DNA of 64,000 nt, from positions 32,001 through 96,000 of the IMG/VR virus record IMGVR_UViG_3300025424_000296. One strand, 5' to 3'. The DNA comes from a virus. Below are positions 1 through 9,695 of the stretch, in pieces (the stretch's first letter is position 1; every line of letters starts with the position of its first letter). Under the pieces are notes generated by a model. That model worked only from the letters and a program-made list of their open reading frames with translations. It did no database searches and was not told the origin of the DNA. The position numbers were made by a program, and so were the translations under genes.

Positions 1-2
1 TT

Positions 3-86
3 GTAGATAGAATGAAAAATAACAGATATACTGAACGTCAAATTAAACGTTTAGTAGATTGGTTTATAAGAACTCAAAAAAGTTAA
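3..86 (+). CDS. yeaG: C-terminal end of PrkA/YeaG-family AAA+/serine kinase (partial, runs in from left edge)
   Basis: Frame 3 reads VDRMKNNRYTERQIKRLVDWFIRTQKS*, resembling the YeaG C-terminus (FVDRM..GYT..QV..L.EWY.R..KS); yeaH and spoVR homologues follow. Confidence 0.8.
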   Translation, partial: VDRMKNNRYTERQIKRLVDWFIRTQKS

Positions 87-87
87 A

Positions 88-1059
88 ATGAATTACATAG
101 AACATTATAATAAATTAATTTTGCGAGGGAAAACCAGAGGTATTAAAAAAAGCTCTACGGTATATTATGAATTACATCATATAGTCCCTAAATGTTTAGG
201 TGGCACTAATAGTGATTCAAATCTTGTTTTATTAACACCAGAAGAACATTTTATTGCACATAAGTTATTGGTTAAAATTTATCCTAATAAAGGTAAATTA
301 ATCTATGCAGTTAATATGATGTGTGTAGGCAGAAATAATAAAATGTATGGTTGGCTTAAAAAGAAACTTCAGCAGGTGTTGAAAGATGATAAAGAAAGAT
401 CTGACAAAATTAGTAAATCTTTAACTGGTAGACATGTACCAGATTATATAGGAAGAAAAATTTCTAAATCTAATAAAGGTAGGATAATATCACAGTCAAC
501 AAGAGAGAAAATATCAAATAGTACTAAAGGTGTTTCTAAACCAACTAACTTTGGTAAAAAAATTAGTGCCAGATTAAAAGGTAGAAAACATAATGATTTA
601 CATCATAAAAAAGTTATAGATAGTAAATTAAGAAATGGTACATTACTGCAATCAAAATCTACAAAAGAAAAAATATCTAATAGCTTATCTAAATTGAAAT
701 GGTATAATAATGGGACAACCAACATAAGATCGTCTGTTAATCCAGGATGTGATTATGTACCTGGAAGACTGCCAATAGCAAAAAAGAAAAAAATAAATCA
801 AAAATATGATAAGGTTATTTTAGATACATCAACACTTCCTAAGTTCAAATATGATCATTACAAAAAATCTAACAACGGCAAACGAAATGGTGCATGGAAA
901 GGGTATATTGTTACCCCTGATGGAATTTTTGAATCATCTATGCAGGCAGCTATATATTATAGCCTTACAGACGGTACTATAAGAAATAGATGTTTAAGTG
1001 ATAATCCAAAATTTAAAGAATGGGTACAACTTACTAATTTAGGTAATGAAAATGAGTGA
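88..1059 (+). CDS. HNH homing endonuclease with NUMOD3-like DNA-binding repeats
   Basis: YELHHIVPKCLGG...SNLVLLTPEEHFIAHKLL HNH motif; repeated KISKS.KG units; very AT-rich; inserted between yeaG and yeaH. Confidence 0.88.
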   Translation: MNYIEHYNKLILRGKTRGIKKSSTVYYELHHIVPKCLGGTNSDSNLVLLTPEEHFIAHKLLVKIYPNKGKLIYAVNMMCVGRNNKMYGWLKKKLQQVLKDDKERSDKISKSLTGRHVPDYIGRKISKSNKGRIISQSTREKISNSTKGVSKPTNFGKKISARLKGRKHNDLHHKKVIDSKLRNGTLLQSKSTKEKISNSLSKLKWYNNGTTNIRSSVNPGCDYVPGRLPIAKKKKINQKYDKVILDTSTLPKFKYDHYKKSNNGKRNGAWKGYIVTPDGIFESSMQAAIYYSLTDGTIRNRCLSDNPKFKEWVQLTNLGNENE

Positions 1060-2338
1060 TTACCACATAATCGACCAACGTTCGAATCCTAAGGGTAAGA
1101 ACTTACCAAATCGTCAAAAGTTCCTTAAGAAGGTGCGCAAGCAGCTAACCGATCAGGTTAGGGGTGCCATTGGCAAACGTAAAATAACCGATAGCCGCGG
1201 AGAAGATATCAAAGTACCGGTAGACGGAATAAATGAACCCAGCTTTGATTATGACAGAACTACCGGCGAATGGGAAAGAATACTTCCTGGTAATAAAAAC
1301 TTCAGTGTGGGTGATCGAGTTAAAAAACCACCTAGCAGTGGAGGCAAAGGTGGCGGAAGCGGGTCTGGTGGTAACGGCGGTGAAGGTCAGGACGATTTCC
1401 GCTTTACTATAACCCGAGAAGAATATTTGGATATTGTGTTCGAAGATCTGGAATTGCCAGATATGATCAAACGTACCGAAAAGGCAGCTACAATATGGCA
1501 TAAGATACGTGCTGGATTTAAAACAGATGGCAACCCCAGTCAACTAGATCTTGTACGTAGCATGAAGAACAGTTTAGGACGTAGACTAGCACTACGCAAA
1601 CCGTTAGAACGCAAGGTTAATGAGATACAGTCGTTATTAGAGGACAGTGATAATCCAGAACTACTCTTAGAAGAAATTGAAAAGCTTCAGAAGAAACGCA
1701 GTAGTATTCCCTGGGTTGATCCTATGGACCTACGTTATCGTAGATTTGATAAGAACCCTGTGCCTAATAGTCAAGCAGTGATGTTTTGCTTGATGGATGT
1801 TAGTGGCAGTATGGGTCAACATGAAAAAGATATAGCCAAGCGATTTTATTTGTTGTTGTATTTGTTCCTGCAAAGAAAATATGAAAAGGTACAATTGGTA
1901 TTTGTACGTCACACAGAAGATGCTCGAGAAGTAGACGAAGATGAGTTTTTCAACAGTCAGGAAACAGGCGGAACTGTTGTAAGTAGTGGATTAGAATTGG
2001 TAAACAATATCATAAAAGAACGCTATCCGTTAGATGCCTGGAACATATATGTGGTGCAAGCCAGCGACGGTGATAATTATAGTCACGACAATCAGGTCTG
2101 TACAGAATTGTTAAATGAACTACTTCCCAAGGTTCAATATTATGTTTATGCTGAAGTCAAAAATTATAATAATTTGCGAGAAATATTCATGGTGAACCCC
2201 CGACATTCCGGTCTTTGGGAAATTATGAACAATCTGATGCCTCGTTATGAACAACTGGTGAGTGTCCAATTAACCGACGTAGAAAGTGTAGTACCCATAT
2301 TCAGAAGTGTATTTGCCCGGGAGAAGACCAATGGTTAA
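1046..2338 (+). CDS. yeaH: YeaH/YhbH (DUF444) vWA-domain protein
   Basis: IIDQRSNPKGKNLPNRQKF, PGNKNF..GD, AVMFCLMDVSGSM (MIDAS), QASDGDN motifs. Confidence 0.93.
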   Translation: MKMSDYHIIDQRSNPKGKNLPNRQKFLKKVRKQLTDQVRGAIGKRKITDSRGEDIKVPVDGINEPSFDYDRTTGEWERILPGNKNFSVGDRVKKPPSSGGKGGGSGSGGNGGEGQDDFRFTITREEYLDIVFEDLELPDMIKRTEKAATIWHKIRAGFKTDGNPSQLDLVRSMKNSLGRRLALRKPLERKVNEIQSLLEDSDNPELLLEEIEKLQKKRSSIPWVDPMDLRYRRFDKNPVPNSQAVMFCLMDVSGSMGQHEKDIAKRFYLLLYLFLQRKYEKVQLVFVRHTEDAREVDEDEFFNSQETGGTVVSSGLELVNNIIKERYPLDAWNIYVVQASDGDNYSHDNQVCTELLNELLPKVQYYVYAEVKNYNNLREIFMVNPRHSGLWEIMNNLMPRYEQLVSVQLTDVESVVPIFRSVFAREKTNG

Positions 2339-3809
2339 ACCTCTGTTCACAGGTTCTGAATGGGATTTTGAGTTATTAGACCGAGCAATGCGCGAGTGTG
2401 GCATTATAGCTAAAGAAGAATTAAGACTTGATACTTATAAAAATCAAATATGTGTAGTTAGTTCAGAACAAATGCTAGATGCTTATGCCAGCACAGGGCT
2501 TCCGGTTATGTATAAACATTGGAGTTTCGGTAAGAAATTCAGCCGAGAACGAGATCTATATCAAAAAGGAAAAAGAGGTCTTGCATATGAATTGGTATTA
2601 AACCTAGACCCTTGTATCAATTATTTAATGGAAGAGAATACAGCTTGTACTCAGGTCCTTGTTATTGCACATGCGGCGTATGGACACTGTCACGTGTTCA
2701 AAAACAATTATATGTTCAAGCAATGGACAGAAGCCGATTCAATGTTAGACTATCTAATCTTTGCACGTAATTATATAGTGCAATGCGAAGAACATTATGG
2801 TGAAGAAGCTGTTGAAGCGACATTAGATAGTGCTCATGCATTGATGATGAACGGTATTGATCGTTACAAGCGCCCACGTAAATTGTCCATGGTTGAAGAA
2901 CAGTTAAGACAGAAAGAGCGTACTGAATATCTTGAACGCACCGTTAACGATCTATGGCGTACATTACCCAGGACAGATAATGAAGATAACACTAATGAAG
3001 GTTATAAATTCCCAGCACAACCAGAAGAAAATATACTCTATTTCTTAGAAAAGAATAGCCCTGTATTAGAACCATGGCAGAGAGAAATACTTCGCATAGT
3101 ACGCAAACTTGCACAGTATTTCTATCCACAGTATCTTACCAAAATGTTAAACGAAGGCTGGGCCAGTTTTACACACTATTATATCATGAATAGATTACAT
3201 GATAAAGGCCTATTAACTGATGGTGCAATGTTAGAGTTCTTGAAATTACACACATCTGTACTTTATCAACCCGAGTACGATAGTCCATATTTCAGCGGGT
3301 TAAATCCCTACTATCTTGGCTTTGAAATATTCATGGACATCAAAAGAATGTGTGAAAATCCTGACGATGAGGATCGAGAACTATTCCCTGATATTGCGGG
3401 AAGTAACTGGGTTGATACCTGCTTAGATGCTGTGGCAAATTATCGCGATGAGAGTTTTGTACATCAATTCCTAAGTCCCAAAGTTGTACGCAAAATGAAA
3501 TTGTTCAAGGTTGTAGATGACAGCAGAGAAGATCATTTCGTGATTGATGCTATTCAAAACCGAGAAGGGTTCAAAGATATTCGCAGTAGACTAGCTCGTA
3601 GTTATGAGCTAGATGATTGGTGCCCTAAGGTAGAAGTATCTAATGCTGATATCAAAGGCGATAGAACATTAACATTAACCTATTACAGGGAGCGCGGTCG
3701 TAATATTGGAGGTAGCTGGCAGGTTATGCTATCTCATGTCCAAAGTCTATGGGGACATAAAGTCAAATTGGTTACTGCTAGAGGTAATACCATTGGCGAA
3801 ATAGCCTAA
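2331..3809 (+). CDS. ycgB: SpoVR/YcgB family protein
   Basis: LFTGSEWDF, YKHWSFGK, GLAYELV, AHAAYGH, TKMLNEGWASF; ATG at 2331 overlaps the yeaH stop. Confidence 0.93.
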   Translation: MVKPLFTGSEWDFELLDRAMRECGIIAKEELRLDTYKNQICVVSSEQMLDAYASTGLPVMYKHWSFGKKFSRERDLYQKGKRGLAYELVLNLDPCINYLMEENTACTQVLVIAHAAYGHCHVFKNNYMFKQWTEADSMLDYLIFARNYIVQCEEHYGEEAVEATLDSAHALMMNGIDRYKRPRKLSMVEEQLRQKERTEYLERTVNDLWRTLPRTDNEDNTNEGYKFPAQPEENILYFLEKNSPVLEPWQREILRIVRKLAQYFYPQYLTKMLNEGWASFTHYYIMNRLHDKGLLTDGAMLEFLKLHTSVLYQPEYDSPYFSGLNPYYLGFEIFMDIKRMCENPDDEDRELFPDIAGSNWVDTCLDAVANYRDESFVHQFLSPKVVRKMKLFKVVDDSREDHFVIDAIQNREGFKDIRSRLARSYELDDWCPKVEVSNADIKGDRTLTLTYYRERGRNIGGSWQVMLSHVQSLWGHKVKLVTARGNTIGEIA

Positions 3810-3870
3810 ATTAAATTTTAAACCTTATAATTTCAACAACTTATTACCCTTGTTTACAATTATATATTGG

Positions 3871-3898
3871 TTGACACAGTTTGTTATTGTGTTACTAT
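3871..3898 (+). promoter_or_regulatory. Early sigma70-type promoter
   Basis: TTGACA-16 nt-TACTAT with TG extension; same layout as 6232, 6727 and 7044. Confidence 0.65.
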
Positions 3899-3923
3899 TT
3901 TAATACAACGTGAGGATTGAATA

Positions 3924-4007
3924 ATGGCTAAGCTAATTGGATTTGTAATCGGACTTGGTATTCAGTTTGTTGTGTTAAGTGCCATTTCGGCAGTCATATA
4001 CCACTAA
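3924..4007 (+). CDS. 27-aa hydrophobic microprotein
   Basis: GAGGA RBS; MAKLIGFVIGLGIQFVVLSAISAVIYH*. Confidence 0.5.
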   Translation: MAKLIGFVIGLGIQFVVLSAISAVIYH

Positions 4008-4023
4008 TACAAGGAGCAAGCAA

Positions 4024-4287
4024 ATGGGTTACGTTGTTTTCCACATTAACTCTAAGCGCAATGTTGGTTGGAAGCGTACTGAGCGTGGTGCCAAGATTAG
4101 CGTTGCTGCTTGGAATCGTCGTAGTAAGGGTGTGAATTACGATATTATGGAAGAAAACGAGTTTAATGAAAAGCATAATGGTTATGTCACTGTTAAGAAT
4201 ATGATGAGCGGTAATGACGTTCAGATCCGTGCCCAGGACGTTGGTGGTCCGTGTGATCCCAGTACTGAATTATATCATTGTATGTAG
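4024..4287 (+). CDS. Hypothetical early protein
   Basis: AAGGAG RBS before ATG 4024; C-terminal CDPSTELYHCM. Confidence 0.7.
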   Translation: MGYVVFHINSKRNVGWKRTERGAKISVAAWNRRSKGVNYDIMEENEFNEKHNGYVTVKNMMSGNDVQIRAQDVGGPCDPSTELYHCM

Positions 4288-5046
4288 ACAACACCACCAC
4301 CCACCAAGGTGTGTTTTCTGAAATCCACTTGCAACACTTAACATAATTTTATATGTTAAGTGTTTTTCTTTACAAAATAGTTTTAGATTGTTGGTAATAA
4401 ATTCTTCATTTGTTGGACTGGTTATTTTGTAACATTTGTTACCGTTTGTCCCATTTTTAATTCTTGTTGCTACTGCTTTTTTTCTTGCTTGAGGCGTTGC
4501 AGCAGCTTTGGTCCAATGGTCTAAATTACCGCGTTGTTGTTGTGTTTTCCGACTTTTTGCTATTGATTCAGGAGTACAAGTCTTTAATGTCCCACGACGG
4601 GCTAATCGTGTTGCTAGTTGTTTTTTAATAGATTCGGGGCTGATAGTTACTAATGTATTATTGCGTCGTTTAGTCTCTAATTGTTTTTTAATAGAACTAG
4701 GAGAATTTGAATTTAATTTTCCATTTTTCTTTTTAGTTTCTATGATTTTCTTTTTACTTTCTTCTGATAACCTGCCGCCGTCTCCTGCTTCTTCTTTTAA
4801 GTTAGCCCAATTACGATCTTTAACAACATTCCATAATTTACTGTAATACAATCCCCATTCTATTAGTTCTTCTTCTGTTTGACATTCTCGTAGAATTTCT
4901 GTAGTGTAGTCATAGCCGTGCTTATCAAGATGGTTAAGCCATCTTGTTCCGGAGCCCGGGTACTTATGAGGATCTTTTCGAATAGTTTTACCTAGATATT
5001 TCAATCCTGTCTTATTATGTGTTTTAACATACAGATAAATAGGCAT
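4270..5046 (-). CDS. GIY-YIG homing endonuclease
   Basis: IYLYVKTHNKTGLKYLGKT, YPGSG..W, WANLKEE.GDGG; SPESIKK-type repeats; inverted relative to its neighbours. Confidence 0.88.
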   Translation of the reverse strand: MPIYLYVKTHNKTGLKYLGKTIRKDPHKYPGSGTRWLNHLDKHGYDYTTEILRECQTEEELIEWGLYYSKLWNVVKDRNWANLKEEAGDGGRLSEESKKKIIETKKKNGKLNSNSPSSIKKQLETKRRNNTLVTISPESIKKQLATRLARRGTLKTCTPESIAKSRKTQQQRGNLDHWTKAAATPQARKKAVATRIKNGTNGNKCYKITSPTNEEFITNNLKLFCKEKHLTYKIMLSVASGFQKTHLGGWWCCLHTMI

Positions 5047-5112
5047 TGCTGTTGCTCCTTATAAGCTATAGAGTAGCTGGGAATTGGCGTTCCGCGAGCT
5101 ACATCCTATTTA
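5047..5112 (-). promoter_or_regulatory. Late promoter plus structured 5' leader of the GIY-YIG gene
   Basis: TAAATA, then GUAGCU/AGCUAC stem enclosing a GGAA/UUCC hairpin, then GCU...AGC pairing over AAGGAG. Confidence 0.55.
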
Positions 5113-5195
5113 TTGCTTATTAGTCCAGTTAACCATAAATATTTCCGGGTAGGGTAGCATTCAGTTACCCTGCCTTGATCTATTTGAAGGTTAAC

Positions 5196-5837
5196 ATGAC
5201 ACAGATTATCACAGCCGACTATTGGCCACAATTTTTTAATCCTCCGATTGCTGGTCAACATACCGGGGCAAGATTTGCGTTTGCTGCTACTTCGCAATTA
5301 CCCGCAATGTTGATGACATTCTTTTATGATACTGCTACTAAATCAATGAAGTTGATGCAGTATGACGCTGCTAATAAATGGAACAGCAATTGGTATTTGC
5401 AAAAGGTGCCAGGATTTGGTCTTGCTGAAATACAGGATGATTTACCGCAGAATAATGCAGCCTTGAAGATACTATTTGGATCACAAATAATTGAACGTTA
5501 TAAAACGCCAATTGGTTGGGGTAATACAGAAACCGTCGGAGGTCAATACACTAACAAACCGCAATTTGATCTTTTCCGCTGCACCCCTCTGCAATCCGCC
5601 ACCGGCTTTCAAACAATTAATTTTGAACAGCTACTTCCAACATTTACCACAGCAGATGGGCAGATATACCATGATGTACTGGTACAATTGTATCAACAGT
5701 CCTGGGGATCCGGTAAGACTGCCAGCGGTGCAAGAATGTGGATGGCTAAGGGAATAGGGCCTGTGGCAAATCAGTGGGTTTCATTAACTTCTAAAGTGAC
5801 TACAGATAGACAAGATGCTACAATTACTTACTTTTAA
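5196..5837 (+). CDS. Hypothetical late protein
   Basis: TAAATA at 5136, 12-bp 5' hairpin, ORF ending in a WMAKGIGPV motif. Confidence 0.65.
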   Translation: MTQIITADYWPQFFNPPIAGQHTGARFAFAATSQLPAMLMTFFYDTATKSMKLMQYDAANKWNSNWYLQKVPGFGLAEIQDDLPQNNAALKILFGSQIIERYKTPIGWGNTETVGGQYTNKPQFDLFRCTPLQSATGFQTINFEQLLPTFTTADGQIYHDVLVQLYQQSWGSGKTASGARMWMAKGIGPVANQWVSLTSKVTTDRQDATITYF

Positions 5838-5853
5838 TCAGTAAGGATGCAGC

Positions 5854-6129
5854 ATGAAACCAAAGAAATCTGAGTTTGATAGATTTATTAAAAGAATGGA
5901 AAAAACCTTAGACACATATAGAATATTATTAGAAGACGAAAAAACTCGACAACATGTAAAAGGTTTTCCAGAACCAAATACCAGTTATTTTGAAGGTTGT
6001 ATACATGTATTAATGAGTTTGCTGTTTTCAGCAGCAGATATTAAACGTAAAGAAGATATGAAATTGGCAGAAGAGATACTGGCTAAAAAAGAAGCAGAAA
6101 AAAATGTCACTGATTCAACTGTTATATGA
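5854..6129 (+). CDS. Hypothetical protein
   Basis: AAGGA RBS, 91-aa ORF. Confidence 0.6.
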   Translation: MKPKKSEFDRFIKRMEKTLDTYRILLEDEKTRQHVKGFPEPNTSYFEGCIHVLMSLLFSAADIKRKEDMKLAEEILAKKEAEKNVTDSTVI

Positions 6130-6226
6130 CTTTGTTGGGTTTATAGTCGGTGCTACTTTTTCTATCTTGTTGATTTTATTAATAACATTATTTACACATA
6201 AAATCAACGACTTAATGCACAAATAA
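6104..6226 (+). CDS. 40-aa single-TM microprotein
   Basis: MSLIQLLYDFVGFIVGATFSILLILLITLFTHKINDLMHK*. Confidence 0.4.
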   Translation: MSLIQLLYDFVGFIVGATFSILLILLITLFTHKINDLMHK

Positions 6227-6231
6227 AATGG

Positions 6232-6259
6232 TTGACAGAGCATCATCTGATGCTATTAT
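6232..6259 (+). promoter_or_regulatory. Early promoter GGTTGACA-N13-TGCTATTAT
   Basis: TTGACA-16-TATTAT; identical spacing at 6727 and 7044. Confidence 0.75.
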
Positions 6260-6284
6260 TTGAGTATAGCAAAGGAGACAGCAA

Positions 6285-6695
6285 ATGGCTACTCGTAGCA
6301 TTATCGGAATGATGAACGAAGACGGTACTGTTACTGGCATATATGTACACTTTGATGGATATCCCGAAAATAATGGAGCTATTCTTGTCAACAATTATAC
6401 AAACAAAAACAAAATCCTTGAACTTTTGGATCTTGGCAACTTATCTTCGCTTGGCAGTGAAATTGGTAAAACACACGATTTTGATGATCGCAGCCACAGT
6501 GATTGGTGTACTGCTTATGGGAGAGATCGCAGGGAAAACGATACCCGGGCAATTGTATACAAAGATTTCGCAGAATTTCTAGCAGAAGATCGTGGACAAG
6601 ATTACTCATACTTGTATGTAAACGGTGTATGGGAGTGTCGTGATTATGATAAAAAACTCATAAACTTGGATAAATTTAAAGAACAAGCTGCTTAA
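6285..6695 (+). CDS. Conserved phage early protein (Y.H.DGYP motif family)
   Basis: MATRSIIG...IYVHFDGYP; AAGGAG RBS. Confidence 0.75.
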   Translation: MATRSIIGMMNEDGTVTGIYVHFDGYPENNGAILVNNYTNKNKILELLDLGNLSSLGSEIGKTHDFDDRSHSDWCTAYGRDRRENDTRAIVYKDFAEFLAEDRGQDYSYLYVNGVWECRDYDKKLINLDKFKEQAA

Positions 6696-6726
6696 AATCA
6701 GTGACTTATAACTGGTATTTTTTTGG

Positions 6727-6754
6727 TTGACAACTCCTATTTTGGTGCTATTAT
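6727..6754 (+). promoter_or_regulatory. Early promoter
   Basis: TTGACA-16-TATTAT preceded by TGC. Confidence 0.75.
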
Positions 6755-6773
6755 AGTGGTATAAAGCGAGGAG

Positions 6774-7037
6774 ATGATCATGGAACGTACTGTTTTTGTT
6801 ATAGTTGCGTTTACTGTGTGTGTGGTCGCTGGCATAGCCGGTTATACTGTTAAGCAGGAATTTGCTTGGCAGGAGTTTTCAGAACTACATGAGTGTCGAC
6901 TGGTCCATGCAGCACCCGAACACATGACATACCAGTCATCTTTTGATACAGTTACCAAAACAATCTCACTGAAGCCAATTCGTGTTTCCAATGAAAAGAT
7001 TTACATTTGCAATGACGGTAACGAGTACATCCGCTAA
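6774..7037 (+). CDS. Hypothetical membrane-anchored protein
   Basis: GAGGAG RBS; N-terminal TM segment. Confidence 0.65.
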   Translation: MIMERTVFVIVAFTVCVVAGIAGYTVKQEFAWQEFSELHECRLVHAAPEHMTYQSSFDTVTKTISLKPIRVSNEKIYICNDGNEYIR

Positions 7038-7043
7038 AAACGG

Positions 7044-7071
7044 TTGACAGCTATCCAATCTGTGCTATTAT
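7044..7071 (+). promoter_or_regulatory. Early promoter
   Basis: TTGACA-16-TATTAT preceded by TGC. Confidence 0.75.
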
Positions 7072-7092
7072 AAGGTATAGAACAAGGAGACC

Positions 7093-7482
7093 ATGATGCT
7101 TACTGTTGCTGAACGTGAGGAAATGCTTAATACCATTAGCGACCTTTCAAAAAGTGCTTACGGCTTCCGTGTTCGCAGGGACTATGCTGCTATGAGTGAC
7201 CTCGAGCTAGAAGCTGAATGGGATTATTTCCTTGAAGTTGCAGACCGTCGTACCCGGGAAGAAGCTGAGCAGGAGGCAATTGCACTAAAGGCATGGAACC
7301 TGCGTATTGCTGCCTTGGCCAAGAATTATGGTATTGGCATCGCTACTGCTGTACAGTGGGACATACAGGCTTCTGATTGTGAAGGTCAAGGTTTTGATTA
7401 CTATATGTGGGACCAAGGCATTGGATTCGAGGATGGTCGCCGCATTGCTCGTGAACTTGGATATTGGAAGGAAGTTGCATAA
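7093..7482 (+). CDS. Hypothetical early protein
   Basis: AAGGAG RBS; ISDLSKSAYGFRVR motif. Confidence 0.7.
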   Translation: MMLTVAEREEMLNTISDLSKSAYGFRVRRDYAAMSDLELEAEWDYFLEVADRRTREEAEQEAIALKAWNLRIAALAKNYGIGIATAVQWDIQASDCEGQGFDYYMWDQGIGFEDGRRIARELGYWKEVA

Positions 7483-7519
7483 TGAAGCTCTCTAACAATT
7501 TGACAGTAGGAGATCTAGT

Positions 7520-9685
7520 ATGAAGGTTGTTACCTCACCTACAGCCACAGTTGATCATGCTAATGCAAACACCGACCAACAGTTCAGCATCAACTTTGAT
7601 GCTAAAATGGCTCGCATTCTTGCAGACGGATTATATTCTGACAAGGTGCAGAGTGTTATACGTGAGCTGAGCTGCAATGCATATGACAGCCATGTTGAAG
7701 CCGGCAACAGGGATTATTCAATTGAAATTCATCTTCCGACATATGCAGAACCTTGGTTCCATGTCAGAGACTTTGGTGTCGGACTCAGCCATGACCAGGT
7801 AATGAAAATCTATACTCAGTATGGTGCTAGTACCAAGACCAACAGCAATGACGTTATCGGGCAGTTGGGTCTTGGTAGTAAGAGTCCGTTTAGTATCACT
7901 GACTCGTTTACAGTAGAGGCTCGTCAAAATGGCATCGAGAATCACTACAAGATGTACCGCAACGAACAGGGTATGCCTTGTGTTGCGCATCTGCATCAGG
8001 GTCCTACAAGTGAGACTGATGGAGTTACGGTTAAGGTGCCGGTAAACACTAGTATGACAGCAGAGTTTGCGGAAAAAGCTCGCAATGTTTATAAATGGTT
8101 CCCAATCAAGCCCACAGTTGTAGGCGGATCTATAATATATAACTCAGTTGAATATGCATATCGTGGATCAGGTTGGGGTATTGGTAAAGGACCGGAGAGT
8201 AACCGGTATGGATGGTCTCGTAGACACGACAATCCTGTAGCACTGATGGGTCTTGTGGCTTATCCGCTCGATGTAAACAGTATCAAAGACATCACTGATT
8301 CTGCTCGTACTATATTAACAGGTACGCCATTGGTGTTGGAATTTGATATCGGTGAGCTCGAAGTTGCGGCTAATCGCGAAGCTCTTGGGTATGATAGTCG
8401 TACCTGTGCTAATATTAATACCAAATTGTCACAAATGTTAAAAGATCTTGCTACAGATTTTGCTAATCAAATTTCCAGTGCTAAAACACTTTGGGAAGCC
8501 AAACTCAAGTTCGGCGAAATCTTTAGCAAGAGCACATATGCTAATGTGTTTGGTAATGTGTTCAGGGATCACGGATTTACCTGGGGTAGTTTTGAAATCA
8601 ACAACACTGTAATTGATTTCAGTACTCGCAACTACTATCCCATTGACAACAACGGTCATGTTGTAATTGACATATATCAGGCCAATCACCGATATAAACG
8701 CCCTCGAAAGATAATTGCCATCGAAGATAATATTTCGTTTCGATGTGACCCTACCACTGTTATCATGTTCAATGATCTGGACAAAGGTGGATTGAGCCGT
8801 GTAGCTGAATATAATAAGAACACCAGCTATAGAAACGAAATTTGGCTGTTTGGGCCAAGTCCTAGAAAATCTTGGAGTCAGTTACGTGAAGCTCTAGGTA
8901 ACCCAGAAGTCATAATGACCAGTTCTCTCGCCAAGCCAGAGCGTAAGGTATCTGAACGTACTGACATGCTCAAATGGAATGGCGGATTTAGCAACGGTAA
9001 GAAAGCCTGGTTGCAAGTTACTATAGATTTAGATAATGCCGGACACTGCTATTATGTTGAACTAAATGGTTGGGATGTGCAACGAGACGGCAAGTATGTC
9101 AGTGACCTTGGTTGGTATATTCGCGAAGCAAAGGCAGCAGGTATTATACATCCGACATCAGAAGTGTATGCTATGCGTAACAAGAACAAGAAATTGGTAC
9201 GCGAGCATGCCAATTGGAAGGAACTGTTCAGCACCATTAAAAATGGTGTAATGAATAAGATCAGTAAAGGCACACTAGCACAAGAAGTAGCTGATAATGA
9301 GGAATACACTCGCTTGTGCAGCTTATCAAGTTGGAGATTCTGGGAAAGTGGTATTGCTCCGCGAGCTCACGATAGTGTGTTCAAAGACTTCTGTGCTAAA
9401 ATTGATGCAATCAAATCTGTTAACAGGTTGGCTAACTTGGACGCAATCAAGAACTTGGCTAGTCGATATGAAGTTGCCATGGTTAAAGCTGCACCCAGAT
9501 ATGATTTAACCGCAGAATTTGAAAAGGTTAAGAAACACTATCCCATGCTTGATCTTATCCTGGGGCGTATTTCGTCATACAATCGACCAGACTCTGCTAT
9601 GTTAACAACGGTGGGTGACTATATTGACATGGTTGATGCATGTTGGGTGTTCTATGCATTGCAGGATCGAACGGAGGAAGAGTGA
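7520..9685 (+). CDS. rIIA: RIIA-like protein (N-terminal GHKL/Hsp90-type ATPase)
   Basis: LYSDK...IRELSCNAYDSH, VRDFGVGLS, GQLGLGSKSPFS, NREALGY; 721 aa. Confidence 0.8.
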   Translation: MKVVTSPTATVDHANANTDQQFSINFDAKMARILADGLYSDKVQSVIRELSCNAYDSHVEAGNRDYSIEIHLPTYAEPWFHVRDFGVGLSHDQVMKIYTQYGASTKTNSNDVIGQLGLGSKSPFSITDSFTVEARQNGIENHYKMYRNEQGMPCVAHLHQGPTSETDGVTVKVPVNTSMTAEFAEKARNVYKWFPIKPTVVGGSIIYNSVEYAYRGSGWGIGKGPESNRYGWSRRHDNPVALMGLVAYPLDVNSIKDITDSARTILTGTPLVLEFDIGELEVAANREALGYDSRTCANINTKLSQMLKDLATDFANQISSAKTLWEAKLKFGEIFSKSTYANVFGNVFRDHGFTWGSFEINNTVIDFSTRNYYPIDNNGHVVIDIYQANHRYKRPRKIIAIEDNISFRCDPTTVIMFNDLDKGGLSRVAEYNKNTSYRNEIWLFGPSPRKSWSQLREALGNPEVIMTSSLAKPERKVSERTDMLKWNGGFSNGKKAWLQVTIDLDNAGHCYYVELNGWDVQRDGKYVSDLGWYIREAKAAGIIHPTSEVYAMRNKNKKLVREHANWKELFSTIKNGVMNKISKGTLAQEVADNEEYTRLCSLSSWRFWESGIAPRAHDSVFKDFCAKIDAIKSVNRLANLDAIKNLASRYEVAMVKAAPRYDLTAEFEKVKKHYPMLDLILGRISSYNRPDSAMLTTVGDYIDMVDACWVFYALQDRTEEE

Positions 9686-9695
9686 CAGATATGAC

